Below are positions 11,082-20,745 of a DNA stretch of 64,000 nt, piece after piece. The position numbers were made by a program, and so were the translations under genes. Under the pieces are notes generated by a model. The model had not been told where the DNA came from and did not search any database. It saw only the letters and a list, made by a program, of their open reading frames with translations. This DNA comes from an uncultured delta proteobacterium (GTDB lineage: Bacteria; Myxococcota_A; Polyangia; Haliangiales; Haliangiaceae): NCBI GenBank assembly GCA_963848295.1, contig CAWKDB010000010.1, positions 32,001-96,000 on the forward strand, given 5' to 3'. Positions within the stretch are counted from its first letter, which is position 1. Every line of letters begins with the position of its first letter.

Positions 11082-11119
11082 AGTGTTGCCACCCCGGACC
11101 TCGCGCGCGACCTTGCGCT

Positions 11120-11806
11120 CTAGTTGTCGGCTTCGCCGGCGAACTGGTACACGCCGCTCACACCGGAGATGTCGTAGTGCACCCAGTCGTACGACAAGAA
11201 TCCCGAGCTGAACGAATACCGAATGAACCCACCGGTGCCCATCGACCATTCGTGATCGCCGCCGGCCTCGTTGGTGATGTGGTAGTCGAGACCGCCGCTC
11301 TTCACGCACACGCCCGCTTCGGTGCTGCTCAGCGAGGACATATGCTTCTGGGCGTTGGCGTTCTGGCTCGTCAGGCACCAGGTGATGGGATCGCCGTCGC
11401 CGAGATGGCACCATGTCGCGCTGAACGAAGACGCGCTGCAACCGTCGAACACCGTCGGCGCGATGAGCCCGACCGGCGCGGTCGCCGGAAACACGCGACC
11501 GGCTGCGACCAGCGATGCGGTGAGGTCGGCGATGGCCGGCGGCACGTCGTGGTCAGTCGCGCTCTCGAGATAGAGCTGGCTCGGCGACAGCGTCTTGGCG
11601 TCGGCGGACGGAATTGCGAGTTGGGTCTGGCTGCTGTCGCCGAGCTCGGCGACCGAGAACGACACGCTGTCTTCGGCGTACAGCTCGATCGTCGTGCCGG
11701 TGCGCGAGACGTACGACGCGACGGGCTTGGCCGGATCGGAATCCGCGCTACCGGTGGTGCAGGCTGCGAGCGAAACGATACTGGAGAGGAGTAGGAGTTT
11801 GGTCAT
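11120..11806 (-). CDS. Hypothetical lipoprotein
   Basis: MTKLLLLSSIVSLAAC lipobox; coherent 228-aa ORF. Confidence 0.7.
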   Translation of the reverse strand: MTKLLLLSSIVSLAACTTGSADSDPAKPVASYVSRTGTTIELYAEDSVSFSVAELGDSSQTQLAIPSADAKTLSPSQLYLESATDHDVPPAIADLTASLVAAGRVFPATAPVGLIAPTVFDGCSASSFSATWCHLGDGDPITWCLTSQNANAQKHMSSLSSTEAGVCVKSGGLDYHITNEAGGDHEWSMGTGGFIRYSFSSGFLSYDWVHYDISGVSGVYQFAGEADN

Positions 11807-11875
11807 GCCCGCTCAACGCTCGTTCCCGGCGATCTTCCCGCGACCTCGCCGGGGCCAGGATTCGGGGCGACTGCA

Positions 11876-12000
11876 GCACCAGCTTCGCGGTGCAACACCC
11901 GATCGGAGGCGAGCAGCGCGTGATTACCGTCGGCCGCTGGGGACCACGGAAGATGCGCGCGCTGCAGCCGCACCTGTTCACCGTCGCGCGCGCCCGCGAT
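11876..12000 (+). pseudogene. Remnant of integrase arm-binding domain
   Basis: 125 bp matching 17249-17373 at 114/125 by hand alignment; encodes EQRVITVGRWGP.KMRALQPHLFTVARARD. Confidence 0.9.
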
Positions 12001-12099
12001 CAGCGCTGAGATGTCCGCGACCTCGGGGGTGGCAGATCCTGCCGCCCACGACGCATTCTATTTGCATGCGCGTCGGGCGCCCATCGGTAGGGTCGCGTC

Positions 12100-12543
12100 A
12101 TGCATCGCAAGCGTATCGCTCTGACGAACCGCAGCTCGGGCCTCGCTGCCGTGGCGTTGTCGATCGCGCTGGGTACGCGCGCCCACGCCGAACCGTCGTC
12201 CGGTGCGTCGCCTGCGGGGGCGAGCGATGAGCGCGCGACCCACCTGCGGGGCCGTGGCTCGCACTACCACGTGGCGGGAGGCATCGTCGCGGCGGTGGGC
12301 GCAGCCACGCTCACGGCGTCGATCATCGCGTTCGTACCGCACTCGTGCGACCCCGCCGGAGGAGACTGTGCGGGCGCCGACCTCGTCGCCGCGATGACGA
12401 TCGGCAGCAGTGCGATCGTATTCGGTACCGGACTACTTCTCTACCATCACGGAACCGAGCTCATCGACCAGGCCAACGCGATGACGGTTGCCGTCACGCC
12501 CGTCGCCAACGGCGTCGAGCTCGTGGTCGCCGGCCACTTTTGA
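12100..12543 (+). CDS. Hypothetical secreted/membrane protein
   Basis: Signal peptide (AHA), two hydrophobic helices, terminal beta-strand ending GHF. Confidence 0.65.
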   Translation: MHRKRIALTNRSSGLAAVALSIALGTRAHAEPSSGASPAGASDERATHLRGRGSHYHVAGGIVAAVGAATLTASIIAFVPHSCDPAGGDCAGADLVAAMTIGSSAIVFGTGLLLYHHGTELIDQANAMTVAVTPVANGVELVVAGHF

Positions 12544-12719
12544 TCCCGATAGCCGACAGAGCGCCAACGATCGCCATGCGTCCATCCGCGGCGAGCCTAG
12601 CCGCGCCCCCAATCGACACTCACCGGGACCAGCGTCAGCGATCCGGCCGGAGTATCGGGATCGCCTGCGTCGTCGCCGATCATGCGAGGATCGGCAGCCT
12701 GATCGCCTTGGAGCCGTTG

Positions 12720-13874
12720 ATGAGATCTTCGAACGGTGCAAGTCGTGCAGTTGCGCTGGCGGTGACCGCGGCAATGCTCGCGACGCAGACGAGCTGCGCC
12801 CACCACAACCCGGCGGGCGCGGTCGAGCTGCCTCGAGCGCGCACGGCCTACATCACGAGCGTGCGCGTCCTGCGCCAGAACGGCGGTCGGGTATCGTGGG
12901 GGAGAGCCCGCGACCTCATCGCGTACGACGTGCTCGGCGCGAAGGGGTATTACGAGATCCACATCATGCGACCCGACGGATCCGAGGATTCGTGTCTGAC
13001 CTGCGGGAAGCCCGGCTTGCCGCAGCGTCACAACGGTCAGCCCGAATGGCATCCCTCCGGTGACTACCTCGTGTTTCAGTCGGAGCAGGCTTCGCATCCG
13101 GGGCGATCGAGCCAGGCGACGCCCGGGTTCGGTCGTTACTCCGACCTGTGGATCGCGACGAGCGATGGACAGCACTTCTACCCGCTCACGCAGGGGCCGC
13201 GAAGTGACGACTATGGCGTCCTGCATCCGCATTTCTCGGCGGACGGCAAGCACCTGTCGTGGAGCGAGATGTACGGAGCGCCCGAGACCTTCACGCACAA
13301 GGGTGCCGGCGGCTACTGGCGACTGAAGGTGGCGGACTTCGCGATCGATCCGGCTGGCAAGCCGGTGCTGACCAATGTGCGCAGCTACGAGCCCGCCGGA
13401 AAGGCGCTGTACGAAAACCACGGCTTCTCGACCGACGGCACGCAGCTCTTGTTCAGCAGCAACTACGAAGCCACGAAGATGTTCCAGTTCAACGCCGAGA
13501 ATATCTACAGCCTCGAGCTCGCGACCGGTCGCGTCGTCAAGCTCACCGCGGACGGTTACAACGAGCACGCGATCGTGTCGCCGAACGGGCGCAAGGTGGT
13601 CTGGATGTCGAGCCGCGGCAACGCCAACCGTGGCACCGATTACTGGCTGATGAACCTCGACGGCACCGACAAGATCCGGCTGACCAACTTCAACGATCCC
13701 GACAATCCGCTGGGCCACGGTGACCGCCTCATCTGCGCGGACAGCGACTGGAGCGCCGACGCACGACACCTCGTCGGCTACGTCCAGACCAGCCTGTTCC
13801 ACCAGCGCGGGATGGTGATCATGATCGATTTCAGCGACGAGATCGCGCACGCGGCGGGCGTGGCGGCCCCGTGA
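12720..13874 (+). CDS. TolB-like / PD40 beta-propeller lipoprotein
   Basis: TSC lipobox; WHPSGDYLVF, FSADGK, FSTDG and VSPNGRKVVW repeats. Confidence 0.8.
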   Translation: MRSSNGASRAVALAVTAAMLATQTSCAHHNPAGAVELPRARTAYITSVRVLRQNGGRVSWGRARDLIAYDVLGAKGYYEIHIMRPDGSEDSCLTCGKPGLPQRHNGQPEWHPSGDYLVFQSEQASHPGRSSQATPGFGRYSDLWIATSDGQHFYPLTQGPRSDDYGVLHPHFSADGKHLSWSEMYGAPETFTHKGAGGYWRLKVADFAIDPAGKPVLTNVRSYEPAGKALYENHGFSTDGTQLLFSSNYEATKMFQFNAENIYSLELATGRVVKLTADGYNEHAIVSPNGRKVVWMSSRGNANRGTDYWLMNLDGTDKIRLTNFNDPDNPLGHGDRLICADSDWSADARHLVGYVQTSLFHQRGMVIMIDFSDEIAHAAGVAAP

Positions 13875-13959
13875 ACGCAGCGATCAGCTTGTTGGCTACT
13901 GCGGTCCGCGAGCGTCGACTCTTGAAACGCGCGGCCATGCCACGTAACCTGGTTTCCTC

Positions 13960-15243
13960 ATGGGGCTTGGGCGGCGTCGGAGCAGTCGATCGATCGCCGC
14001 GCGCGTCGTGTTGTTTGCGTTCGCCGCCGCGTGTGCTTCGATGGCTCGGCCTCCCGAGCCCAACCGGCGGCTCGAGCTCCATACGACCGGTTCGCTGTTC
14101 CGCTCCGAGCGCGCCTACGTGTTCGCGGTGTTGCCGGAGTGGGAGGCGAACGTGGTTCGCATCGACGTGCGCTATCCGGTCGGCTCCGCGAACGATCCGC
14201 CGGGCAAGGAGGGCCTCGCGCACCTCGTCGAGCACATGCTGTTCGCGGTCGAGTATCAGACGAGTGGTCACAAGACGACGATCGCCGCAGAGCTCGGGCG
14301 GATCGCGCTCGGATGGAACGCGGAGACCGCGACCGATTACACCGACTACGAGACCGTCGCGAGCCCGGCCGCGCTCGACGACGTGTTCGCGCTCGAGTCG
14401 GCGCGGATCGCGCTCGGTTGCGGCGGCCTGAGCAAAGACATCTTCGAACGCGAGCGCGAGATCGTGCTCAACGAGCTGCGACAGAATCTCGGGACGACCG
14501 CGTCGTTGCGGCGCGCACCGTTCGAAGCGATCTATCCAGAAGGCCACCCGTACCGGCGGGTCGATTCGGTCGAGAGCGTCGCCAAGCTCCAGCTCGACGA
14601 CGTGTGCACGTTTCTCGCCGACGCGTACCAGCGCGGCACCGTGACGGTCGTCGTGAGCGGTGCTGTCGACGAGGCGTCGGTTCGGACCGGCGCGAAGGCG
14701 TTCGAGCACCTCCGGAAGCGGACGCCCGCGAACGACAGAGTCCCAACGCCGCTCGAGCCGCGCCCTGCCCTGGTGAAAGTCAAAGCCGATGTCGACGAGC
14801 CGATGTGGTTCGCGACGTTCCCGCTGCCACCGATGTCGACGCGCGACTACCGCACACTCGAGTTGGTGTGGCCCTCGATCGGCGCGACCGGTGGGGGCTG
14901 GGGCAAGTGGTGGGGGCACGACGCGAACACGTTCGTGATCGGTGGTGTCTATGCGCCCGTCCTGGTCTCGACGATCACGCTGAGCTCTGCGAGCAAAGCG
15001 GACGATGCGAAGGACGAGCTGCGCCGCTCGATCGACGGCGCCCTCAGGAGCGTCTACTTCAACGGCGACGATGTACGCGGCAGCCGCCGCTGGGAGCTGC
15101 GGTGGCACGCATGGGCGACCGACCTCGTCGCGGATTGGGAATCGCTCGGCGGGCGTAACGCGCTCGCCGCTGACATGTTGATGTACGCCACCGATACGTC
15201 CCTGCTCGTCGGTCGAATCGAAGAGCTCCACGGCCTGGGATGA
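13960..15243 (+). CDS. M16 (insulinase) family peptidase, N-terminal part
   Basis: GSANDPPGKEGLAHLVEHMLF (HxxEH), WNAET, EREIVLNE. Confidence 0.85.
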   Translation: MGLGRRRSSRSIAARVVLFAFAAACASMARPPEPNRRLELHTTGSLFRSERAYVFAVLPEWEANVVRIDVRYPVGSANDPPGKEGLAHLVEHMLFAVEYQTSGHKTTIAAELGRIALGWNAETATDYTDYETVASPAALDDVFALESARIALGCGGLSKDIFEREREIVLNELRQNLGTTASLRRAPFEAIYPEGHPYRRVDSVESVAKLQLDDVCTFLADAYQRGTVTVVVSGAVDEASVRTGAKAFEHLRKRTPANDRVPTPLEPRPALVKVKADVDEPMWFATFPLPPMSTRDYRTLELVWPSIGATGGGWGKWWGHDANTFVIGGVYAPVLVSTITLSSASKADDAKDELRRSIDGALRSVYFNGDDVRGSRRWELRWHAWATDLVADWESLGGRNALAADMLMYATDTSLLVGRIEELHGLG

Positions 15244-16031
15244 GCGAGGCCAGCGTCGACAAACTGCACCACGACCTGGTGATCGGATGGGCGCGCGATC
15301 ATGTCGTCCCCAGCAACGCGGTGTTGATCTCGACCGGCGCCTTCGATCCCGAGGTCGTCAAGCAGCACATCGAGTACGACGCCGGGCCGGCCTCGTCGGG
15401 TAAGCACACCGCGCCGATCACCGTCGCGCCGCGCCGCACAAGCGCACCGCGCTACGTGAGCGGCGTCCAGCAGAAACCGTCGCCGACGATCGAGCTCGAC
15501 GTCTTGTTCCAGGCCGGCAGCGGCGTCGACAAGGACTACGCGAAGCGGCTCGTCCTCGAGGCCGTCCTCGACGAACAGTTGGATCGCCTGCGCGCCAAGC
15601 GAGCGCTGACCTACGGATTCTCGGCCGAATACGCGACCCGCCGTGCCGGTGGCATGTGGACCATCTCGGGTCGCGCGGACGCGAACCGTGCGCGCGAGGC
15701 GGCCGCCGAGCTCGTCGGGATCCTCGCCGACATGCGACGCGACCCCGAGTCCTATCGAGCGTCGTTCGTGCTCGCGCGGCAGAAGGTGCTCGATCGGCTG
15801 CTCGCGGCGACGACCGACTCGTCGGCGATGGCGTCTCGCTTCGCACTTCAGGCGCGTTTCGATCTGCCCGACAACTTCGACGACAAGGTCGCCTCGGAGG
15901 TCGCGCAGCTCACGCTCGCGACGTTCCATCCGTTCGTCGCGAGTGACCTCGCGCTGAGCGCGCAAGTCTTCGGCGCGTTCGGCAACGCCGGCCCCGTCGG
16001 GGCGGCGCTCGAAGCGGCCCAGGGCATGTGA
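15240..16031 (+). CDS. M16 peptidase C-terminal domain protein
   Basis: Starts with M16_C-like SVDKL...PSNAVLISTGAFD; LRAKRALTYG; ATGA overlap with upstream gene. Confidence 0.75.
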   Translation: MSEASVDKLHHDLVIGWARDHVVPSNAVLISTGAFDPEVVKQHIEYDAGPASSGKHTAPITVAPRRTSAPRYVSGVQQKPSPTIELDVLFQAGSGVDKDYAKRLVLEAVLDEQLDRLRAKRALTYGFSAEYATRRAGGMWTISGRADANRAREAAAELVGILADMRRDPESYRASFVLARQKVLDRLLAATTDSSAMASRFALQARFDLPDNFDDKVASEVAQLTLATFHPFVASDLALSAQVFGAFGNAGPVGAALEAAQGM

Positions 16032-16490
16032 TGTCTAGCGGTCAGAATGGACGCAACGTGTTAGTTGGCGGCCTGGTGATCCCGGCGTATGGCCAGCGGC
16101 GGAAACGGCGCAGCGACAAAACCTCGATTCGCTCGTTCCGGCTGAACGGGTACGGCGCGTCGCGAGCAACGAAGATCGCATCTATCTCTACCCCACCGCG
16201 AGCTTCCATACGGTCGGCGACGCGCTCGCATCAACGAGACACTTCTGGGAGACGTTCGGAGGGCTCGATCAGATCGATCCTTCGTTTTCGATGATTATCG
16301 GAGACTTCGGACTTGGTTCGGATGCGGTTATCACCGTCGACTATAGGAGCAGCGCTACGAACCCCACCGTGATGTACCTCTGTTGGTCGAGAACGGCCGA
16401 TCCATCGAGACGGACCAACTGGGTCCAGTGCGCGGCGAGCTTGACGAGTTCGTTGATCGGCTTGGCCTCGACGCTGGTCGAGATGGCTAG
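16031..16490 (+). pseudogene. SMI1/KNR4 (SUKH)-like immunity protein pseudogene
   Basis: Long frame reads GVWP...RIYLY...IDP...IIGDFGLGSDAVITVDYR...W; frame breaks at ~16080 and ~16441 (corrected end AASFDEFVDRLGL). Confidence 0.6.
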
Positions 16491-16588
16491 CTTTCACGCA
16501 CGTCCGCGCTGTATTGCTAGCTCGTTTCTCAGCGCGAGCGAATCCAAGCTTCGCGGTCGATGACGACCCTGGAGGCTAGGGCATCTGC

Positions 16589-16942
16589 TCACCGCGCTGG
16601 AAGCGTCGCTCTGTAGTACGCGATGATCTCTTCGGCGGAGGTCTCACTCCATGCAGCGATCGATCGCGCGAGGTTCCCGCGGTGGCGCTTGATGTCGTCG
16701 TCGTCGATGTCGGTCGGAAGGTCGACGACAAGGTTTTTTGCGCGCAGACATCGAAGATGCGCTTCGCGCACTCTGTTGGCGCTGACGACTAGCTTCGGCA
16801 GCGGCTCGCCGCGCTTGATGGCTCCCACGAGTGTTCGCTCAGCCTTCTCGAGCACCTTCATGGCAGATCCGGGAACTGGCCTTGGACGATGGGACAGCCA
16901 CGTGCGATACGCCTGCTCGAGATCGGGAGCCTTGTTGCCCAT
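16589..16942 (-). CDS. Hypothetical protein
   Basis: ORF from ATG 16942 just beyond the att site; no recognisable motif. Confidence 0.5.
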   Translation of the reverse strand: MGNKAPDLEQAYRTWLSHRPRPVPGSAMKVLEKAERTLVGAIKRGEPLPKLVVSANRVREAHLRCLRAKNLVVDLPTDIDDDDIKRHRGNLARSIAAWSETSAEEIIAYYRATLPAR

Positions 16943-16955
16943 TCCGTACCGATCC

Positions 16956-17002
16956 TGGTGGAGGTTAAGGGGATTGAACCATTGGCCCTCGGCTTGCAAA
17001 GC
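16956..17002 (-). repeat. Displaced 3' half of tRNA-Ala (att site), with CCA
   Basis: 16959-17002 matches 26704-26747 at 42/44; extends into encoded CCA at 16956-16958. Confidence 0.95.
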
Positions 17003-17109
17003 AGCGAGGTCTAGTCTTACGCAGACTTACCTCGTCCCGCCTAGCGGGCATTTTCCGACGACGATCGCGCAATGATGCATTCCGGACACCTCTCGAGTGC
17101 GGTAGGTTT

Positions 17110-17130
17110 GGTGGGCAAATGGTGGGCAAA
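17110..17130 (+). promoter_or_regulatory. Putative integrase arm-type sites (GGTGGGCAAA x2)
   Basis: Exact decamers at 17110-17119 and 17121-17130; same pair at the other island end. Confidence 0.75.
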
Positions 17131-18501
17131 AAGGCAACCGTGGAGCTGACCGACCGCCTTCTCGAGTCGTTCCACTTGGGCAGCAGAGACCGCGTCAAAG
17201 TGTGGGACTCGAAGCTGACCGGTTTCGGCGTGACCATCGGAAAGCTACGCACCAGCTTTATGGTGCAGCACCGGATCGGAAGCGAGCAACGCGTGATCAC
17301 CGTCGGCCGCTGGGGACCGCAGAAGATGCGCGCGCTGCAGCCGCACCTGTTCACGGTCGCGCGCGCCCGCGATGCGGCGGTCCGAGTACTCGCCGACATG
17401 ATGCGAGGCGAGGATCCGCGCGGGCCGCGCGGCGTGCGCCGCCACGATGCGCCGACGCTCGGCAGCGCTTTCGATCTGCACATCTCGCGGATGAAGGCGA
17501 ACCAGGCGAGCGCGCGGAGCATCACGACCGTCAAGAGCGAGGCCGAGAAGTACCTCGCCGACTGGCTCAAGCGCCCGCTCCACGAGATCGAGCGGAGCGA
17601 GTGCCGTGCGCTCCACGAGAAGCTCAGTAAGGGAAACGGCCCTTACATCGCGAACCGGATCATGCGGCACATCCGCGCGGCGTGGAACACGGCACTCAAA
17701 GAGCACGACCTACCCGCGAACCCGACGATCGCCGTGCACTGGAACCGCGAGCACCGGCGCCAGGAGCCGATCGCGTGGGCGAAGCTGCCCGCGTGGCTCG
17801 CGACTGTCTCGAAGCTCGAGCCCGTGATAGTGAACCGCAAGCGGGTGCGCGAGCGGTCTGGGATACGCGGCGACTACCAGCTGTTCATGCTGTTCACGGG
17901 CCTGCGCCGGATGGACGCCGCCACGGTGCGCTGGGACCACATCGATCTCGAGGCCGGTACGCTGCGCCGGCCGAACCCGAAGGGCGGCAAGGATCGCGCG
18001 TTCACGATCCCGCTCAGCTCCGAGTGCGTGCGGATCCTCGCGCGCCGCGCGGCCGAGAACCGCGAGGCCTACACCGAGGGCGACGGCGGATGGGTGTTCC
18101 CGACGCGCGCGATCAAAGATCGCGAATGCGATCTATGCAAGGCGCTCGGGCTTGGCGAGCACAAGGCCGGCGGCGTGTGCCACGTGATCGAGGGCAAGCA
18201 GCAGCGCTATGACAAGGAGCTCGGCAAGGCCAAGAGGATCCTGCCGTCGCCGCACCGGCTACGCGACACGTACACCACCGCGCTGGTCGAGGTCGGCCAG
18301 ATATCGCCGTTCGCGATCGACGTACTCACGAACCACCGCCCGCCCCGCGGGTCGGTGACGGCGGGCTACGTCGACCTGTCGATCGAGCACCTCGCCGAGT
18401 GCCAGGAGCGCGTCACGCAGTTCCTGCTCGCGAAGATGAACCCGCCGACCGAGCCGAAGACGAAGTCGCGGCGCGCGCGTCACCTCCGAGCCTTGCCCTG
18501 A
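17119..18501 (+). CDS. Tyrosine recombinase/integrase with arm-binding domain
   Basis: VWDSKLTGFGV arm-binding N-terminus; catalytic R (TGLRR), K (PKGG), HxxR (HRLRD), H (TNH), Y (TAGY). Confidence 0.95.
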   Translation: MVGKKATVELTDRLLESFHLGSRDRVKVWDSKLTGFGVTIGKLRTSFMVQHRIGSEQRVITVGRWGPQKMRALQPHLFTVARARDAAVRVLADMMRGEDPRGPRGVRRHDAPTLGSAFDLHISRMKANQASARSITTVKSEAEKYLADWLKRPLHEIERSECRALHEKLSKGNGPYIANRIMRHIRAAWNTALKEHDLPANPTIAVHWNREHRRQEPIAWAKLPAWLATVSKLEPVIVNRKRVRERSGIRGDYQLFMLFTGLRRMDAATVRWDHIDLEAGTLRRPNPKGGKDRAFTIPLSSECVRILARRAAENREAYTEGDGGWVFPTRAIKDRECDLCKALGLGEHKAGGVCHVIEGKQQRYDKELGKAKRILPSPHRLRDTYTTALVEVGQISPFAIDVLTNHRPPRGSVTAGYVDLSIEHLAECQERVTQFLLAKMNPPTEPKTKSRRARHLRALP

Positions 18502-18526
18502 TTCGATCAACGCCGTTGATCGAATC
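18500..18526. terminator. Perfect hairpin between convergent genes (terminator or binding site)
   Basis: GATTCGATCAAC-GCC-GTTGATCGAATC, 12-bp arms, overlapping the integrase stop; no U-tract. Confidence 0.45.
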
Positions 18527-18580
18527 GGGCGGCCTTCGCGCAGCTCCGGGCGGCGGCCGCGCGCGAATTCCGGCGAGGCG

Positions 18581-19241
18581 TCAGTGCGTGAAGACTGGGA
18601 GCAGAAGGGTGCGCGCCGATGGCGAGAGGCGGAACGCAGCTCTGCGGTAGTACCGCGCGTCGTCCGGCGGATCCGTCAACAGCTCCTTCGTCGCGTCGAC
18701 GCTGGCCTTGGTGAGCGCCAGGTACCTCGCCTTGGTGAGCTCGAGGCCGCCGAGATCGGTGTCGAGGAAGTGAACGATGCCTTTGTCGAACTTCGTCCAG
18801 TGCGGGTTGTCGTGCTCGCCCGGCCACGCCGCAATGCACACGTACGGCGCACGCCGCGTGACCGGCATCGACGCAAACGGCGCGAACCCCATCACGGATG
18901 AGACCAGACCCTCGCGGACTCGCCAGTCCACGCCGACGAACACGTCGTCGGTCTCGACGCCGTCCGGCGACACCTCGGCGATCCGCCAGCGTTCGCCTTC
19001 GCTCAGGCGCGCGAGTTGCTCGACGAGCGCCGCTTTCGGTGCGAATGCCCGTGAAGATCGCGATCGCCGGCAGCCTCGCTTCCCGGCAAGTATCGAGGAA
19101 GCCGCTGACGTCCGCCTCGTCGGCTACAGCAGGAACCACGAACGAGAGGATCCGATGCCGTTCGCGAGCGATGCGCGCGGCGAACTGGCAGCCGGTCAGG
19201 CCCTGCGCCAGCCAGCGGCGAAGGTGCGCGTCCGCCGACAC
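18581..19241 (-). CDS. Hypothetical ~219-aa protein split by a +1 frameshift at ~19035
   Basis: Removing one T of 19034-19036 joins the ORFs: ...GIRTEAALVEQLARLSEGERWRIAEVSPDG... Confidence 0.65.
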
Positions 19242-19244
19242 GAG

Positions 19245-19424
19245 CTACCGGAATTCAGGAAGGGCGGCGTGCGGGCTCGACACGTGGAAGCGGACGGAAC
19301 CATCGGCGTTCACGACATCGACGCCGCCAGCCTTCTTCGCCGCAGCGATCACCGCGCGGCGATCACGATGAAACTGCTCGATCGTCATCGTGCGGCGCTT
19401 CTTCGCTGTGGGCTTCTTCGCCAT
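19245..19424 (-). CDS. Phd/YefM-like small protein (putative antitoxin)
   Basis: 59 aa: TMTIEQFHRDRRAVIAAAKKAGGVDVVNADGSVRF resembles the Phd N-terminal pattern; ends 3 nt before the next start. Confidence 0.55.
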   Translation of the reverse strand: MAKKPTAKKRRTMTIEQFHRDRRAVIAAAKKAGGVDVVNADGSVRFHVSSPHAALPEFR

Positions 19425-19473
19425 CGGACCTAGTCTACCTCGTCGTCGATCTCGGAGAAAGCGCGGGGATCGA

Positions 19474-19707
19474 TCATGCGACCTGCCCGTGTGTGTTCGC
19501 GCGGAGAAACTCGTCGACGTCGGCGACGCGGTACCGGACCATGCGACCGAGCTTGATGAAGCGTGGCCCGCGCCCGGCGTAGCGCCAGCTCTGTAGCGTT
19601 GACCGGGAGACCCCGAGCTTCGCAGCCAGCGCCGGCTCATCGATGAGCGGGCTCGCGCCACCGGCGATCCCCAAGGTCGGCGACTCGTTCTCGTTCGACG
19701 CGGACAT
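19474..19707 (-). CDS. Excisionase / AlpA-like HTH protein
   Basis: LAAKLGVSRSTLQSWRYAGRGPRFIKLGRMVRYRVADV; AAGGAG upstream. Confidence 0.9.
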   Translation of the reverse strand: MSASNENESPTLGIAGGASPLIDEPALAAKLGVSRSTLQSWRYAGRGPRFIKLGRMVRYRVADVDEFLRANTHGQVA

Positions 19708-19838
19708 GATCGACTCCTTGGACCAGTCTGCACGAAGGGTCTGATCGCGAGCCGGCTCCTGCCATCGCCCATGCCGCGGTACATGTCGCCACCCTGCCGC
19801 GCCGGCATGTCAGACCCGCCAGCTAACCTGCTTTCATC

Positions 19839-20638
19839 ATGTCGCGGGACTTGCCCATCCAATTCCCTTCGAAACCAGAATCAGTACTTACACCCCCGAA
19901 ACCCGCGTCGCCGGCGCAGAAATCACGACATCTATCGGCACTGCCCGGCGGCGATCGCCTCACCCGCGGTCAGGTTGCGGAGCGTCTCGGTGTCAGTATC
20001 TCCACCGTGCGCCGGTACGAGGGCTCGCAGCTGCACCCCACGGTCGATGAGAACGACGTGCGGTGGTTCGCGCAAGCCGAGGTCACCGCCCTCGCGGCCC
20101 GGATCGCAAACGAGCGCAGCGACAAGCCCTCGCGCGCCGTCGGCTCGACCGCAAGCGCGCCGAAACGATCGGCGGGCGAGCTCGCCGCGCTCGTGTTCGA
20201 GCGATTCGAGCAGCGCCAGTCGCTCGCCGAGATCGTGATCGGCCTGCGGCTCGAGCCATCGACCGTGCACGGTCTCTTCGACCAGTGTGCGTTGGCTTGA
20301 CGGAGCAGCACCTGCTCACCGCCTCCGAACCGCGCGTGGCCCGCGAACGCGACATCCCGCGAGCAAGCGCCGCGGAACTCGCGCGCCTTCTGGATGAGCT
20401 TCCGCGCGATGCAGCTACGAGGATCAGCGTCGGTCGTTATCGCGGCACGTACGTGTCCGACAACGTCGACTTTGCCGACATCGTCGAGCTTGGAGGATTC
20501 CACGCCAGCGGCGGGTGCACGCTGAAGGACCTCACGCGGCGATTCGGCCGTGGCGACTTCCGTGTCAGCGCCTACGGCTTCGTGCCGCCCGCGCTGCGCT
20601 GGGAGGTCCTGGTGAAAGACCTCGTGGCAGTCGTGTGA
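19839..20638 (+). CDS. HTH (MerR/HTH_17-like) protein, frameshifted at ~20287
   Basis: LTRGQVAERLGVSISTVRRYEG; adding one G at ~20287 gives DQWCVGLTE and a 266-aa ORF. Confidence 0.65.
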
Positions 20639-20745
20639 ACCCGCGAAAATCTGGGCCGGGCCGATCACTTCGAAGCCTTCGCGCGGCGTGACGCCTTCGG
20701 CTTGTTGAACTCGGCGGGTAGGCCGAGCGCGGCGAGTATGGCACG

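Noticed and set aside
16956..17002. Second tRNA gene
   Set aside because: Only the 3' half is present (no D arm or 5' acceptor strand); it is an att remnant
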